Shown here: piece by piece, positions 35,090 through 44,710 of the stretch
Numbering within the stretch: the first letter of the stretch is position 1
Layout of the letters: the number at the start of each line of letters is the position of its first letter
DNA from: Anaerolineae bacterium
GTDB lineage: Bacteria > Chloroflexota > Anaerolineae > UBA1429
DNA: 64,000 nucleotides
NCBI GenBank assembly: GCA_040767425.1
Contig: JAXGON010000006.1
Span: forward strand, 54,595-118,594
Direction of reading: 5' to 3'
Notes under the pieces: model-generated
What the model was told of the DNA's origin: nothing
Databases searched by the model: none
The model's input: only the letters and a program-made list of their open reading frames with translations
Made by a program: the position numbers and the translations under genes

Positions 35090-36442
35090 CTACACATCAA
35101 AAGTGATGCTCGCCTCCCACTCTGAGCCATGCTGGACTATCGCTAGCTCGTGAAAGGTCGCTGCCTTGATCTCGCGTTGCGGGACCCAACCGGCACAGCC
35201 GCGCAGCGTGGCGGTAAGCGAGGTGTCGTCGGCCGTGAGCGTCAGGTCAGTGTAGCACTCATGATGCTTGGCCGAGAGATAGAGCAGCTCGTTGAGCCAA
35301 TCAACCATCAGGGCCTCGCGGTCGGCGGCGTGAAGGTGCACGGTGCGCGTGACGCAGCTTTGGGTGCCGGTTTGGGCGGTCTGCATCAACGCAAACATGC
35401 CCGTGGCCGCCTTTTGTAGGAGCTCTGGCATGCTACTGGCTTGCACCCGCAGTCTCAGATCGGCGGTATGCTCCAGCTCGGTGATGCCTTCGGCCTGCTG
35501 TTCGTTGGTACGAGGGGCGGCGACGCCCTGCAGCAGCGTGCGGGTGGTCTCTACGTCTTGCGCGATCTGCGCGATGAGCGCGTTCACATCGGCAAAGCGC
35601 ATCTCGGGGCGAAGATGCTGGACCAGGTGCAGCTCGAGTTCCTTGCCGTAGAGGCTCCCCTCATAGTCTAGGACGTGGACTTCGAGCAAATAGTCGTGTC
35701 CCTCAAAGCTGGGACGATGGCCGATATTGAGCACCGACGGGCGACAGCTCCCTCCCCAGGCCGCCCAGGCCGCATACACACCGTCGGCGGGCAGCACGCG
35801 CATGGGATCGGGCCGCAGGTTGGCCGTGGGAAACCCGAGCTTGTGACCACGATGGTCGCCCGAGATCACCGGGCCCGAGAGCCGATAGCAGCGCCCGAGG
35901 AGCTGGTTGGCGGCGGCGATGTCACCCCGGCGGATGAGCTGCCGAATGCGGGTGCTGGAAATGGGGGCACCATTGTCGTATATGGGGCTGACGCTCTGCA
36001 CTGAGAAGCCCAGCTCGCGGCCCAACTGGGCGAGTCGGGCTGGGTTCCCCTCACGGCCGCGGCCCAGCGAAAAGCCGGCTCCCACCCAGAGCTCGACCAT
36101 CCGCAGCCGTTCGCGCAAGAGCCGCACAAAGGCGTCGGCGGGCATGTTGGCCAGCTGTTGATCAAAGGGAGCCACGATGACCATGTCGGGCCCCAGGTCT
36201 CGCAAGAGATCGATTCGCTCTTGCAGCGTAGAAAGGTATCCGGGGCTGTCATCGGGATAGAGCACCGCGCGGGGATGCGGGTCAAAGGTCAGCACCGCCG
36301 ACAACCGCCCAGAGTCCTGGGCATGGCTTACCAGGCGGGCCACTAGCGATTGGTGTCCCCGGTGAACGCCGTCAAAGGTGCCGATGGTCACACAGGTGTC
36401 GGCCGGGGCCTGCATCGTGTCAAAGTTATGATACAGTTCCAT
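35090..36442 (-). CDS. ribF: riboflavin kinase/FAD synthetase fused in frame to a C-terminal archease domain
   Basis: RibF motifs GTFDGVHRGH, ISSTRIR, GFPTAN and EVH; archease motifs EHTAD, DWLNELLY and IKAATFH...FDV-stop, all in one 450-aa ORF. Confidence 0.93.
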   Translation of the reverse strand: MELYHNFDTMQAPADTCVTIGTFDGVHRGHQSLVARLVSHAQDSGRLSAVLTFDPHPRAVLYPDDSPGYLSTLQERIDLLRDLGPDMVIVAPFDQQLANMPADAFVRLLRERLRMVELWVGAGFSLGRGREGNPARLAQLGRELGFSVQSVSPIYDNGAPISSTRIRQLIRRGDIAAANQLLGRCYRLSGPVISGDHRGHKLGFPTANLRPDPMRVLPADGVYAAWAAWGGSCRPSVLNIGHRPSFEGHDYLLEVHVLDYEGSLYGKELELHLVQHLRPEMRFADVNALIAQIAQDVETTRTLLQGVAAPRTNEQQAEGITELEHTADLRLRVQASSMPELLQKAATGMFALMQTAQTGTQSCVTRTVHLHAADREALMVDWLNELLYLSAKHHECYTDLTLTADDTSLTATLRGCAGWVPQREIKAATFHELAIVQHGSEWEASITFDV

Positions 36443-36478
36443 GGTTCCTACGGTCTCGCTCCACGGCCATGGCTTGGC

Positions 36479-37375
36479 CTATGGGTTGGGTGCCAGCACC
36501 TTGGTGGGATGCCACTGGTTGCCGCTGTCTCGCACCAGGACGGCGATGACGGTGCCGCGCTCATCGAGGGCCAGTGCAGGCTCGCGCGGCGGCGCCGGGT
36601 CGAGCTCCAGCGAACGGCCCTGCCGCAGCGCTGCGGATTCCTCGTCGGTGGCAGCGATGGAAGGAAGATGCGCCAGCGCCTGGCCGATGCTGAGCACCAT
36701 CTTTATGGCATCGTCACGGCCGCCGGTCTCTAGCGCGCTCAGGCTGATCGATGTGCACAGCGAATGGTCTCCGATAGCCGTGCGGGTCAACGAGGCCAGA
36801 TGCGCCCCGGTGCCCAGGGCCTCGCCGAGGTCTCGTGCCAGGGCGCGGATGTAGGTCCCCTGCGAGCACACGACGTCGAGATCCAGATAGGGGGGAACCC
36901 ACGCCAAGGCTTTTAGCGAATAGATGCGCACCGGCCGCGCCTCGCGGGGCACGATGATCCCCTGCCGAGCCAGCTCGTGAAGCGGCTGGCCATTGCGCTT
37001 GATGGCGGCATACATGGGCGGCACTTGGAGGATCTCGCCCCGAAAGCGGTCCAGCACTGACGAGACGTCCTCCCAGCGGACATGTTCCCACGCTGCCCGG
37101 CCCGTCACCGCTCCCTCGGCGTCCAACGTGTCGGTAGTGGTGCCCAATACCACGCGGGCCCGGTACGTCTTGGGCAGCTCCCCCAGGTATTCGAGCACGC
37201 GGGTGGCCTTGCCCAGGCCGACCAACAGCACGCCGCGCGCCGCCGGATCCAGTGTGCCTGCATGGCCGATCCGCCGCTGATGAAACACCCGCCGCACGCG
37301 GCTGACCACATCGTGCGACGTGATGCCCGCCGGCTTGTGGATGTTGAGCACGCCGTCGATCTGGCTAGTAGCCAT
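36479..37375 (-). CDS. truB: tRNA pseudouridine(55) synthase
   Basis: KPAGITSHD, GHAGTLDP, VPPMYAAIK and CSQGTYIRAL. Confidence 0.97.
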   Translation of the reverse strand: MATSQIDGVLNIHKPAGITSHDVVSRVRRVFHQRRIGHAGTLDPAARGVLLVGLGKATRVLEYLGELPKTYRARVVLGTTTDTLDAEGAVTGRAAWEHVRWEDVSSVLDRFRGEILQVPPMYAAIKRNGQPLHELARQGIIVPREARPVRIYSLKALAWVPPYLDLDVVCSQGTYIRALARDLGEALGTGAHLASLTRTAIGDHSLCTSISLSALETGGRDDAIKMVLSIGQALAHLPSIAATDEESAALRQGRSLELDPAPPREPALALDERGTVIAVLVRDSGNQWHPTKVLAPNP

Positions 37376-37406
37376 GGTCGTCGCTGTATTTCGCCTCGGG
37401 TATCCC

Positions 37407-37814
37407 CTAGGCCAGCTCGTCGACGGTGTCATCCGACTCGTCGTCGACCTGGTCGCTCTCATCGTCGTCATGCTCCTGCGCGATCTGCTCCAGCAGCGCG
37501 TCGATTCGTGCGCCCTGCTCCCACGAGTGGTCGGCCCGAAATTCGATATCGGGGGTAAAGCGCCAGTGGAGGTGCTGGGCCAGATGACTTCGGAGGAACC
37601 CCTTGGCGGCCTCTAGCGCGACGAGGCCCTCTTCGAGCGCCGCATCGCCGCTATAGCAGGCCACATAAACGCGCGCCATGCGCCGGTCGGCTGTCAGGCG
37701 CACCTCGGTCAACGTGAGCGGCTCGACGCGCGGATCGCGCGCCTGATTGCGCAATGCCAGCGTCAGTTCCTGCAGGATGAACGAGTTCGCCCGTTCGATG
37801 CGATGGCTTGTCAT
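37407..37814 (-). CDS. rbfA: ribosome-binding factor A
   Basis: DPR, TEVRLTAD and FTPDIEFRAD; operon position. Confidence 0.95.
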   Translation of the reverse strand: MTSHRIERANSFILQELTLALRNQARDPRVEPLTLTEVRLTADRRMARVYVACYSGDAALEEGLVALEAAKGFLRSHLAQHLHWRFTPDIEFRADHSWEQGARIDALLEQIAQEHDDDESDQVDDESDDTVDELA

Positions 37815-37830
37815 GGTGCGAATCCTACCG

Positions 37831-39843
37831 CTATGCCGTCCGCTCGACCGTTTCGATCACAAAGAACTCGAGAATATCGTCGGCCTGAAAGTCGTCGAAC
37901 CCGTCGACGCCCACGCCGCACTCCATGCCGGCGGACACCTCGCGAACGTCCTCGGTGTAGCGCTTGAGCGAACTCACAGCGCCTTCGTGGAGTTCCTTCT
38001 CGCCGCGTAGAACGCGCACGCGGGCATTGCGCAAGGCCTTGCCCTCTCTCACCTGCACGCCAGCGATCTTGCCAGCACGGGGGATCGAGAACACCTGGCG
38101 GACCACCGCCCGTCCCTGCACCACCTCGCGCTTTTCAGGCTCGAGCATACCCGTGAGCGCCTTTTGTATGTCCTCAATCAGGCGATAGATGATGTCATAG
38201 GTGCGGATCTCGATGCCCTCGGCTTCGGCCATCCGCTGGGCCGAGGCGTCGACGCTGACGTTGAATCCGATCACGATGGCCTCGGAGGCCACCGCCAGGT
38301 TGACGTCGGACTCGGCAATGTTGCCAACGCCCTCGTGGATAAAGTTCACCGATAGGTTTCCGACCTTGAGCTGCTCAAGAGACGAGCGGATCGGGTCGAT
38401 GCTACCTTGCACGTCGGCCTTGAGGATCACGTTGAGGGACTTGGCCCCGTCCTGAGCGCGGGCATAGATGTCATCGAGCGAGAAGGCCTCGGGGCGCCGG
38501 TTGGCGGCCTCGGTGGCTTGCCGGGTGCGCTCCTCGGCGATCTGTCGGGCGATCCGCTCGCTACCGACCTTTTCAAAGCGGTCGCCGGCTTGGGGCACGT
38601 CACGCAGGCCCATGATGACCACAGGTTGCGAAGGGGTGGCCTTGTCGATGGGCTGGCCGCGATAGTCAAACATGGCGCGGATGCGCGCCGAGGTGTTTCC
38701 GATGACCAGCGCGTCGCCCACCTCCAGGATGCCGTCGTGCACCAGGAGCGTGGCGATGGGGCCCCGCGCCCGGTCCAAGCGGCCCTCGATGACCGTGCCC
38801 TGCGGGTTGCGTCGCGGGTTGGCCTTGAAATCGGCCATCTCGGCGACGAGGAGGATCATGTCCAGCAGCGTGTCAATGCCCTGCTTGGTCTTGGCAGAGA
38901 CGGGCACGACGATGGTGTCGCCGCCCCAATCCTCGGGAACCAAGCCAACATCAGCCAACTGCTGCTTGACGTGGTCCGGGTTGGCGCTGGGGAGATCCAT
39001 CTTGTTGAGCGCGACAATGATCGGAACGTGGGCCGCCCGCGCGTGGTTGATCGCCTCGCGCGTCTGCGGTTGTACGCCGTCGTCGGCGGCCACCACCAGA
39101 ATGGCAATGTCCGTGACGCTCGCGCCACGGGCCCGCATCTCGGTAAAGGCCTCGTGGCCGGGCGTATCGAGAAAGGTGATCTGTTTGCCCTGCGCTGTGA
39201 CCTGGTAGGCGCCGATATGCTGCGTGATGCCGCCAGCCTCTGTGACCTGCACGCTAGCCTCGCGGATCACATCCAGGAGAGAGGTCTTGCCGTGGTCCAC
39301 ATGCCCCATGATGGTGATGACTGGGGGGCGACTGGTCAGATACCGCTGTTCGTCCTCGGTATAGACCGTGCGCCGAACGTTGGTGTCGATCTCGGCTTCT
39401 TCCTCGGTCTCGGCTTTGGCCTCGGCCTCTGCCTCCGGCTGTACCTCCGAGACCTTGAACCCCAGCTCTTCCGACGCGATGGCCGCCGTCTCATAGTCAA
39501 TGAGCTGGTTGATGTTGGCCATCACGCCGAGATTCATGAGCTGCTTGATCAGCTCGATGGGGCTGGTTCCGAGTGTCTCGGCCAGCTCACGAACGGTGAT
39601 CTGCTCTGGGAGCTGGATGGGCTCGGTGGACTGGGGCTTGGGCTCGGGCGCCGCCGGGGCGGGCGTGCGCGGTGTGGCTGGAGCCTCGCCGCCTCGGCTT
39701 CGCGGGGCTGACGAGCCCGATCGCCGTGAACGAGCTTGCTGCGGTTGGGCCTGGCTCGGGGGATCTCCAATGGCGTCGCGCCGCGACCCCATGGATGCCT
39801 CTCCCGTGCGGCGCTGTGTTGGGTTGCTGTCTCTCTTGTTCAT
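37831..39843 (-). CDS. infB: translation initiation factor IF-2
   Basis: RPPVITIMGHVDHGKT, GGITQHIG, DTPGH, NKMD and ECG. Confidence 0.98.
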   Translation of the reverse strand: MNKRDSNPTQRRTGEASMGSRRDAIGDPPSQAQPQQARSRRSGSSAPRSRGGEAPATPRTPAPAAPEPKPQSTEPIQLPEQITVRELAETLGTSPIELIKQLMNLGVMANINQLIDYETAAIASEELGFKVSEVQPEAEAEAKAETEEEAEIDTNVRRTVYTEDEQRYLTSRPPVITIMGHVDHGKTSLLDVIREASVQVTEAGGITQHIGAYQVTAQGKQITFLDTPGHEAFTEMRARGASVTDIAILVVAADDGVQPQTREAINHARAAHVPIIVALNKMDLPSANPDHVKQQLADVGLVPEDWGGDTIVVPVSAKTKQGIDTLLDMILLVAEMADFKANPRRNPQGTVIEGRLDRARGPIATLLVHDGILEVGDALVIGNTSARIRAMFDYRGQPIDKATPSQPVVIMGLRDVPQAGDRFEKVGSERIARQIAEERTRQATEAANRRPEAFSLDDIYARAQDGAKSLNVILKADVQGSIDPIRSSLEQLKVGNLSVNFIHEGVGNIAESDVNLAVASEAIVIGFNVSVDASAQRMAEAEGIEIRTYDIIYRLIEDIQKALTGMLEPEKREVVQGRAVVRQVFSIPRAGKIAGVQVREGKALRNARVRVLRGEKELHEGAVSSLKRYTEDVREVSAGMECGVGVDGFDDFQADDILEFFVIETVERTA

Positions 39844-40084
39844 GGCATATCCCCCTCTGTGGTCTGGTAGGCGCCAGCTGTGCCCCCATCGGCGCGCCAA
39901 CGGCAAAGCGCCGTGACCGCGAGCACGCGGGGGCCTTGGCTGTCCGTGAGTAACTGTCGAGAGTGCGAGTTCCGGTTTCCGGGGAGGCGTCGAGGGGATC
40001 GAGCGGGGCTGCGAGCGTTTGTATCACGCAGCCATAGGCTCTTCCCTCAAGGCATCCCGCGCCGAGGCGCCCCTCATGCCTACC

Positions 40085-40113
40085 ATCCTAGTTCGCAAGA
40101 TATTGGCATTGAA
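40085..40113 (-). promoter_or_regulatory. possible internal promoter for infB
   Basis: TTCAAT-N17-TAGGAT in the 325-bp ylxR-infB gap. Confidence 0.4.
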
Positions 40114-40168
40114 CCTGCTCGTATCGACTCTGGCATGGTCGACCGGATCCACGAAACCTGCATCTAAC

Positions 40169-40459
40169 CTAGATTTTGTCACTCAACTGCTCGCCATACT
40201 CGGCGAGCATCTGTCGTTGTTCGGCGGTCAAGGTCGTTCGCAAGGCTTGGCCGAGACGGTTGCCTCGTAAGGCCTGCTCCCAGCAATCGCGCGCCGGACA
40301 GATATAGGCACCGCGCCCCGGCCCCTTGCCGCTAGGGTCGATCTGGATCTCGCCTTGGTCGCTGCAGCTGACGCGTATCATCTCTCGCTTGGGCCGAGTG
40401 GTTCGGCAGCCAACGCAGGTTCGTTGCGGCTGCCGACGAACGCGCGGACTCGCCATCAT
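40169..40459 (-). CDS. ylxR: YlxR (DUF448) RNA-binding protein
   Basis: PQRTCVGCR and GRGAYIC; position between nusA and infB. Confidence 0.93.
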   Translation of the reverse strand: MMASPRVRRQPQRTCVGCRTTRPKREMIRVSCSDQGEIQIDPSGKGPGRGAYICPARDCWEQALRGNRLGQALRTTLTAEQRQMLAEYGEQLSDKI

Positions 40460-40493
40460 GGACCTCCCGCAAGTCCCAGCCAGCAGAGCTGGC

Positions 40494-42083
40494 CTAGAGG
40501 ACCTCGTCGTCGTCCCAGTCTCCCCAATCGCGATTACGCTTGTGGCGTTTGCGCGCCACCACCTTGCCAAGGCGCTCGTCATAGACCAAGCGTCGTTTGC
40601 GGTCCTTGGCTCGGCTCTTGCGCTCATCATCGTCGAGATCGTCGTCGTCCTCGGCCCATTCCTCGGGCTCTTCCTGGACGGTCTCCAGCTCCTCGGTCGG
40701 CATCTCTTGCTCCTCGATCACGGGCTCGAGAGGCTCCTCTTCCTGGAGGGCCTCATCCAGGGGCTCGGGCTCAGTCTCCGCCTCAGCCTCGGCCCCGAAC
40801 TCTTCCTCCGGCTCCGGAGTATCTGGCCCCTCGGCGACTAGCGTCTCATCAGCCAGCGCTAGCTCCTCGGCGGGCTCGATCTCTTCCGCGAGCTCTTCGA
40901 TCAGCCCGGCCTGCTCATCGTCGAGGCTCTCTAGGCCCTCCTCGGCTTTGGCCAGGAGGGCGGCGGCAGCTTCGCGAGCGGCCTTGAGTTCGGCAGCCTT
41001 GGCGGCGGCCTCCTCAGCCTCGGCGGCCAGGCGCTCGGCGTCCTCGGCAGCTTCCGTCTCGCTGCGGATATCGATGCGCCAGCCCGTCAGCTTGGCGGCG
41101 AGGCGGGCATTCTGCCCCTCCTTGCCGATGGCTAGCGATAGTGCCTGGTCGGGCACGATGACGGTGGCCGACTCGGTAACCGGGTTCAGAATGACGTTGG
41201 TCACCTTGGCTGGGCTCAGGGCGTTGGCGATGTAGGTGCGCTCGTCCTTGGACCACTCGACCACATCGATCTTTTCGCCGTTCAGCTCGTTGACGATGTT
41301 CTGAATGCGGACGCCGCGCATCCCGACGCAAGAGCCTACGGGATCTACCCCTGCCTGGAGTGCGGCGACGGCGACTTTGGAGCGGGATCCAGCCTCGCGA
41401 GCGATCGACTTGATCTCGACCGCTCCGTTAAAGATCTCGGGTACCTCGAGCTCTAGCAAGCGTCGCAAGAGGCCCTTGTCTCGTCGCGAGACGATGATCT
41501 GAGGGCCGTGGCCAGAGCGATCGACGGCCATGAGATAGACCTTGAGGCGCTGGTTGAAGCGATAGTACTCGCCCGGAATCTGCTCGGCGCGGGGGAGAAG
41601 GCCCTCGGCCTTGCCCAGCCCCAAGGTCACGTTTTGCGAGCGTCCATCCACATTCCGCACGACGCCGTTGACGATCTCGCCGACGCGGTCGACATACTCG
41701 ACATAGACCGAGTCACGCTCGGCCTCGCGGATGCGCTGCATGATGACCTGCTTGGCCGTCTGGGCGGCGATGCGGCCAAAGTTGCGCGGTCGCAGCTCGA
41801 TCTGCACCGTGGATCCGATGGTAGCGCCCGGATCATGCTGGCGCGCCTCGTCCAGCGTCATCTGCTCTTGGTCGTCCTCGACGGTTTCTACCACCTCTTT
41901 GAGGACAAAGACCTTGGCCTGACCTGTGTGAGGATCCACCGTGACGCTGACGTTCTCGCCGGAACCATAGTTGCGCTTGTATGCGGAAACCAAAGCAGCC
42001 TCGATCGCCTCCAAGATGATCTCGGGCGAGAGGTTGCGGTCGGCGCTCAGTTGGGTAATCGCGATTTCGAACTCGCTCTTCAT
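40494..42083 (-). CDS. nusA: transcription factor NusA with long acidic C-terminal tail
   Basis: [12 protein letters not shown]1 domain, [19 protein letters not shown] and [18 protein letters not shown]. Confidence 0.97.
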   Translation of the reverse strand: MKSEFEIAITQLSADRNLSPEIILEAIEAALVSAYKRNYGSGENVSVTVDPHTGQAKVFVLKEVVETVEDDQEQMTLDEARQHDPGATIGSTVQIELRPRNFGRIAAQTAKQVIMQRIREAERDSVYVEYVDRVGEIVNGVVRNVDGRSQNVTLGLGKAEGLLPRAEQIPGEYYRFNQRLKVYLMAVDRSGHGPQIIVSRRDKGLLRRLLELEVPEIFNGAVEIKSIAREAGSRSKVAVAALQAGVDPVGSCVGMRGVRIQNIVNELNGEKIDVVEWSKDERTYIANALSPAKVTNVILNPVTESATVIVPDQALSLAIGKEGQNARLAAKLTGWRIDIRSETEAAEDAERLAAEAEEAAAKAAELKAAREAAAALLAKAEEGLESLDDEQAGLIEELAEEIEPAEELALADETLVAEGPDTPEPEEEFGAEAEAETEPEPLDEALQEEEPLEPVIEEQEMPTEELETVQEEPEEWAEDDDDLDDDERKSRAKDRKRRLVYDERLGKVVARKRHKRNRDWGDWDDDEVL

Positions 42084-42123
42084 GGCGCTGTGCACCTCCA
42101 GGCATGCGTGGCTCGGCGCCACA

Positions 42124-42152
42124 ACAGAAAAAGTGGGAACACGCCCACTTCT
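42124..42152 (-). terminator. premature terminator in the nusA 5' leader (rimP-leader-like attenuator)
   Basis: minus strand AAGUGGG-CGUGUU-CCCACUU-UUUCUGUU between the promoter and the nusA RBS. Confidence 0.75.
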
Positions 42153-42174
42153 AGTCGCGCAGTGTCTTTATGTT

Positions 42175-42203
42175 AGTATATCATGCGCGATGGTGGGACG
42201 CAA
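42175..42203 (-). promoter_or_regulatory. nusA operon promoter
   Basis: TTGCGT-N17-TATACT with TG extension. Confidence 0.8.
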
Positions 42204-42216
42204 ATAGCAGGGCGCT

Positions 42217-43944
42217 CTAGCCCGCGGCCAGTCCGCCCTTTTGCGCCAACAGAGCGTCGATGGCGCCTTCGAGATCTGCGTTGGGCACCATCTCGCGGTC
42301 TCGGGCCCAGCGCGCTTTGATCTCGACGCTATCCTGGGCCAACGTCTTGGCGCTGACCGTCAAGCGGACCGGAATGCCGATCAGGTCAGCGTCGTTGAAC
42401 TTGACGCCAGCGCTCTCCTCGCGGTCATCGTACAGCACGTCATAGCCAGCCGACTTTAGGCGGGCGTAGAGGGCATCCGCCGCGGCCACGATCTCGGGCC
42501 GGTTGGTGCCGATCGACACCAGGTGCACTTGGAAGGGGGCCACGCTGACCGGCCAGACGATGCCATAGTCGTCGTGGTGCTGCTCGATGATGCAACTTAG
42601 GAGGCGGCCCGTGCCGATGCCATAGCATCCCATCACCAGCGGCTTGGCGACGCCGTCCTGATCGAGAAAGGTTGCATCCATGGCGGCAGAGTACTTGGTT
42701 CCGAGTTTGAACACGTGCCCAGCCTCGATGCCGCGCACGCTCTGGAGCGTGCCGCCGCAGTGGGCGCAGCGGTCTCCCTCACGGGCCAGCGCGATATCGG
42801 CGGTCTGATCCACGCAAAAGTCCCGCGGATAGTTCGCGTTGATCCAGTGGTAGCCTTCCTTGTTGGCGCCCGTGACCATGTTGACGCCCGATGTGATCGA
42901 GTCGTCGGCCACCACGTGCACGCCGTCCAGGCCGATGGGCGAGGCATAGCCGGGCACCGCCCCGACGGCTCGGATCTCTTTATCGGTGGCGGGACGGAGC
43001 TCGGCGACGCCAACCAGGTTGGCCAGCTTGACCTCGTTCACGTCCAGGTCGCCCCGGATCATGGCAAAGACGAGCTTGCCCTCGGGCGTGGCGTAAAAGA
43101 CCGCCTTGAGCGTCTGCGCCGGCGATACGCCGAGCAGCTCTGATAGGGCGGCGATGGTGGTCGTCTGGGGCGTGGGGACCATCTCTAGTGGGAGGGGCTC
43201 GCCAGTCACCCCCTCCGGCTTGGCCAGCTCGGCCGTCTCGGCATTGGCGGCATAGCGGCACTCGGGGCAAAGGATCAAGGTGTCCTCGCCGGCCTCGCTG
43301 ACGACCATAAACTCGTGCGAGGCGGCGCCGCCCATCATGCCGGTGTCAGCTTCTACGGGCAGCGCTTCCACCCCGCAGCGCGCAAAGATGCGCTGGTAGG
43401 CGTTATAGACCTCTGGGTAGTAGCGATCGAGACACTCGGGCGTGGCGTGAAAGCTATAGCCGTCCTTCATGGTGAACTCGCGCACCCGGATGAGCCCGCC
43501 ACGCGAACGGGGCTCGTCGCGGAACTTGGTCTGAATCTGATAGACCATCAAGGGGAGCTGCCGGTAAGAGCGGATCTCTTGCCGGGCCAGGTCGGTCACG
43601 GCCTCCTCGTGGGTCATGGCCAGCACCATGTCATGCGCGCCGCGATCCTGAAAGCGCACCAGGGCTGGTCCTGGCGCGGGGGCATCATAGCGGCCCGAAG
43701 CCTTCCAAAGCTCGGCTGGCTGAACGACGGGCATACGGATCTCTTGCCCGCCAATGCCATCCATTTCCTCACGGAGGATTCCCTCGATCTTGTGTAGCAC
43801 GCGCCAGCCCAGGGGCAGGTACGAGTAGATGCCCGCGGCCAGCTGCCGGATCAGGCCGGCACGGAGCGAGAGCTGGTGGCTGGCGAGCTCGGCATCGGCC
43901 GGCACTTCGCGCTGCGTACGTCCAAACAAGGCACTGAAACGCAT
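42217..43944 (-). CDS. proS: proline-tRNA ligase, bacterial type with INS editing domain
   Basis: FRDEPRSRGGLIRVREFTMKDGYSF, GHVFKLG and MGCYGIG. Confidence 0.97.
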   Translation of the reverse strand: MRFSALFGRTQREVPADAELASHQLSLRAGLIRQLAAGIYSYLPLGWRVLHKIEGILREEMDGIGGQEIRMPVVQPAELWKASGRYDAPAPGPALVRFQDRGAHDMVLAMTHEEAVTDLARQEIRSYRQLPLMVYQIQTKFRDEPRSRGGLIRVREFTMKDGYSFHATPECLDRYYPEVYNAYQRIFARCGVEALPVEADTGMMGGAASHEFMVVSEAGEDTLILCPECRYAANAETAELAKPEGVTGEPLPLEMVPTPQTTTIAALSELLGVSPAQTLKAVFYATPEGKLVFAMIRGDLDVNEVKLANLVGVAELRPATDKEIRAVGAVPGYASPIGLDGVHVVADDSITSGVNMVTGANKEGYHWINANYPRDFCVDQTADIALAREGDRCAHCGGTLQSVRGIEAGHVFKLGTKYSAAMDATFLDQDGVAKPLVMGCYGIGTGRLLSCIIEQHHDDYGIVWPVSVAPFQVHLVSIGTNRPEIVAAADALYARLKSAGYDVLYDDREESAGVKFNDADLIGIPVRLTVSAKTLAQDSVEIKARWARDREMVPNADLEGAIDALLAQKGGLAAG

Positions 43945-43973
43945 AGATCCTCCCCCCGAGATACACCCATCAG

Positions 43974-44030
43974 AGTATAGCGGATTGGCCCCTTGCGGCA
44001 ACTTGACGCTGCGCCAGCCATCGTTAGGAT
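43974..44030. promoter_or_regulatory. divergent promoter pair for proS and the MBL hydrolase
   Basis: minus TTGCCG-N16-TATACT (44001-43974); plus TTGACG-N16-TAGGAT (44003-44030). Confidence 0.55.
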
Positions 44031-44062
44031 CAGGCGATGGCCGCTGGGGAGAGGAGGACAGG

Positions 44063-44689
44063 GTGATCGTCGAGACGCTGGTGGTGGGCGATCTGCAGGC
44101 CAACTGCTACCTGGTAAAGGATCCGGCCACGGGCCAGGGGCTGGTGATCGATCCGGGCGATGAGGCGGAGCGCATCCTGGGGCGGGTGGCCGATCTAGGC
44201 ATTGAGGTGGTGGCAGTGGTGCTGACCCACTTTCACTTTGACCACGCTCTGGCGGCCGAGGAGGTCGCCAGAAGCGTTCAGGCGCCGGTTGCCATCCACC
44301 GGGCCGATTCACGCTGGCTGGAGGAGACTCCGGCGCTGTTCAGGCAGTTTATTCCGCAGCCGCCCAGTCTCCGAGCGGGCCTCCTGTTGGAGGATAACCA
44401 GTTGCTGGCCTTTGGTACGCTAGAGCTCCAGGTGTTGCATACGCCTGGGCACTCGCCGGGCGGCATCTCGCTCTGGTGTGAGGCGGCCGCGACCGTCTTT
44501 ACGGGGGATACGCTCTTTGCCGGTAGCGTGGGGCGCTCTGATCTCCCCGGGGGCGATCACGACGCGCTGATTCGAGGCATTCGCGAGCGGCTGCTGGTGC
44601 TGCCAGATGAGACCCTCGTCTACCCGGGGCACGGCCCGTCAACGACGGTGAGGGCGGAACGCGAGGGCAACCCGTGGCTGCAAGCGTGA
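44063..44689 (+). CDS. MBL-fold metallo-hydrolase (YcbL/glyoxalase II-like)
   Basis: THFHFDH, TPGHSPG, FTGDTLF and PGHG; GAGGAGG RBS plus GTG. Confidence 0.93.
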   Translation: MIVETLVVGDLQANCYLVKDPATGQGLVIDPGDEAERILGRVADLGIEVVAVVLTHFHFDHALAAEEVARSVQAPVAIHRADSRWLEETPALFRQFIPQPPSLRAGLLLEDNQLLAFGTLELQVLHTPGHSPGGISLWCEAAATVFTGDTLFAGSVGRSDLPGGDHDALIRGIRERLLVLPDETLVYPGHGPSTTVRAEREGNPWLQA

Positions 44690-44710
44690 GCTGACGGCCA
44701 ACTGCGCGCG

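Noticed and set aside
38407-39711. 434-aa plus-strand ORF
   Set aside because: Antisense shadow of infB.
43945-43975. T-box leader for proS
   Set aside because: The promoter is only about 25 nt from the start, leaving no room and no T-box motif.
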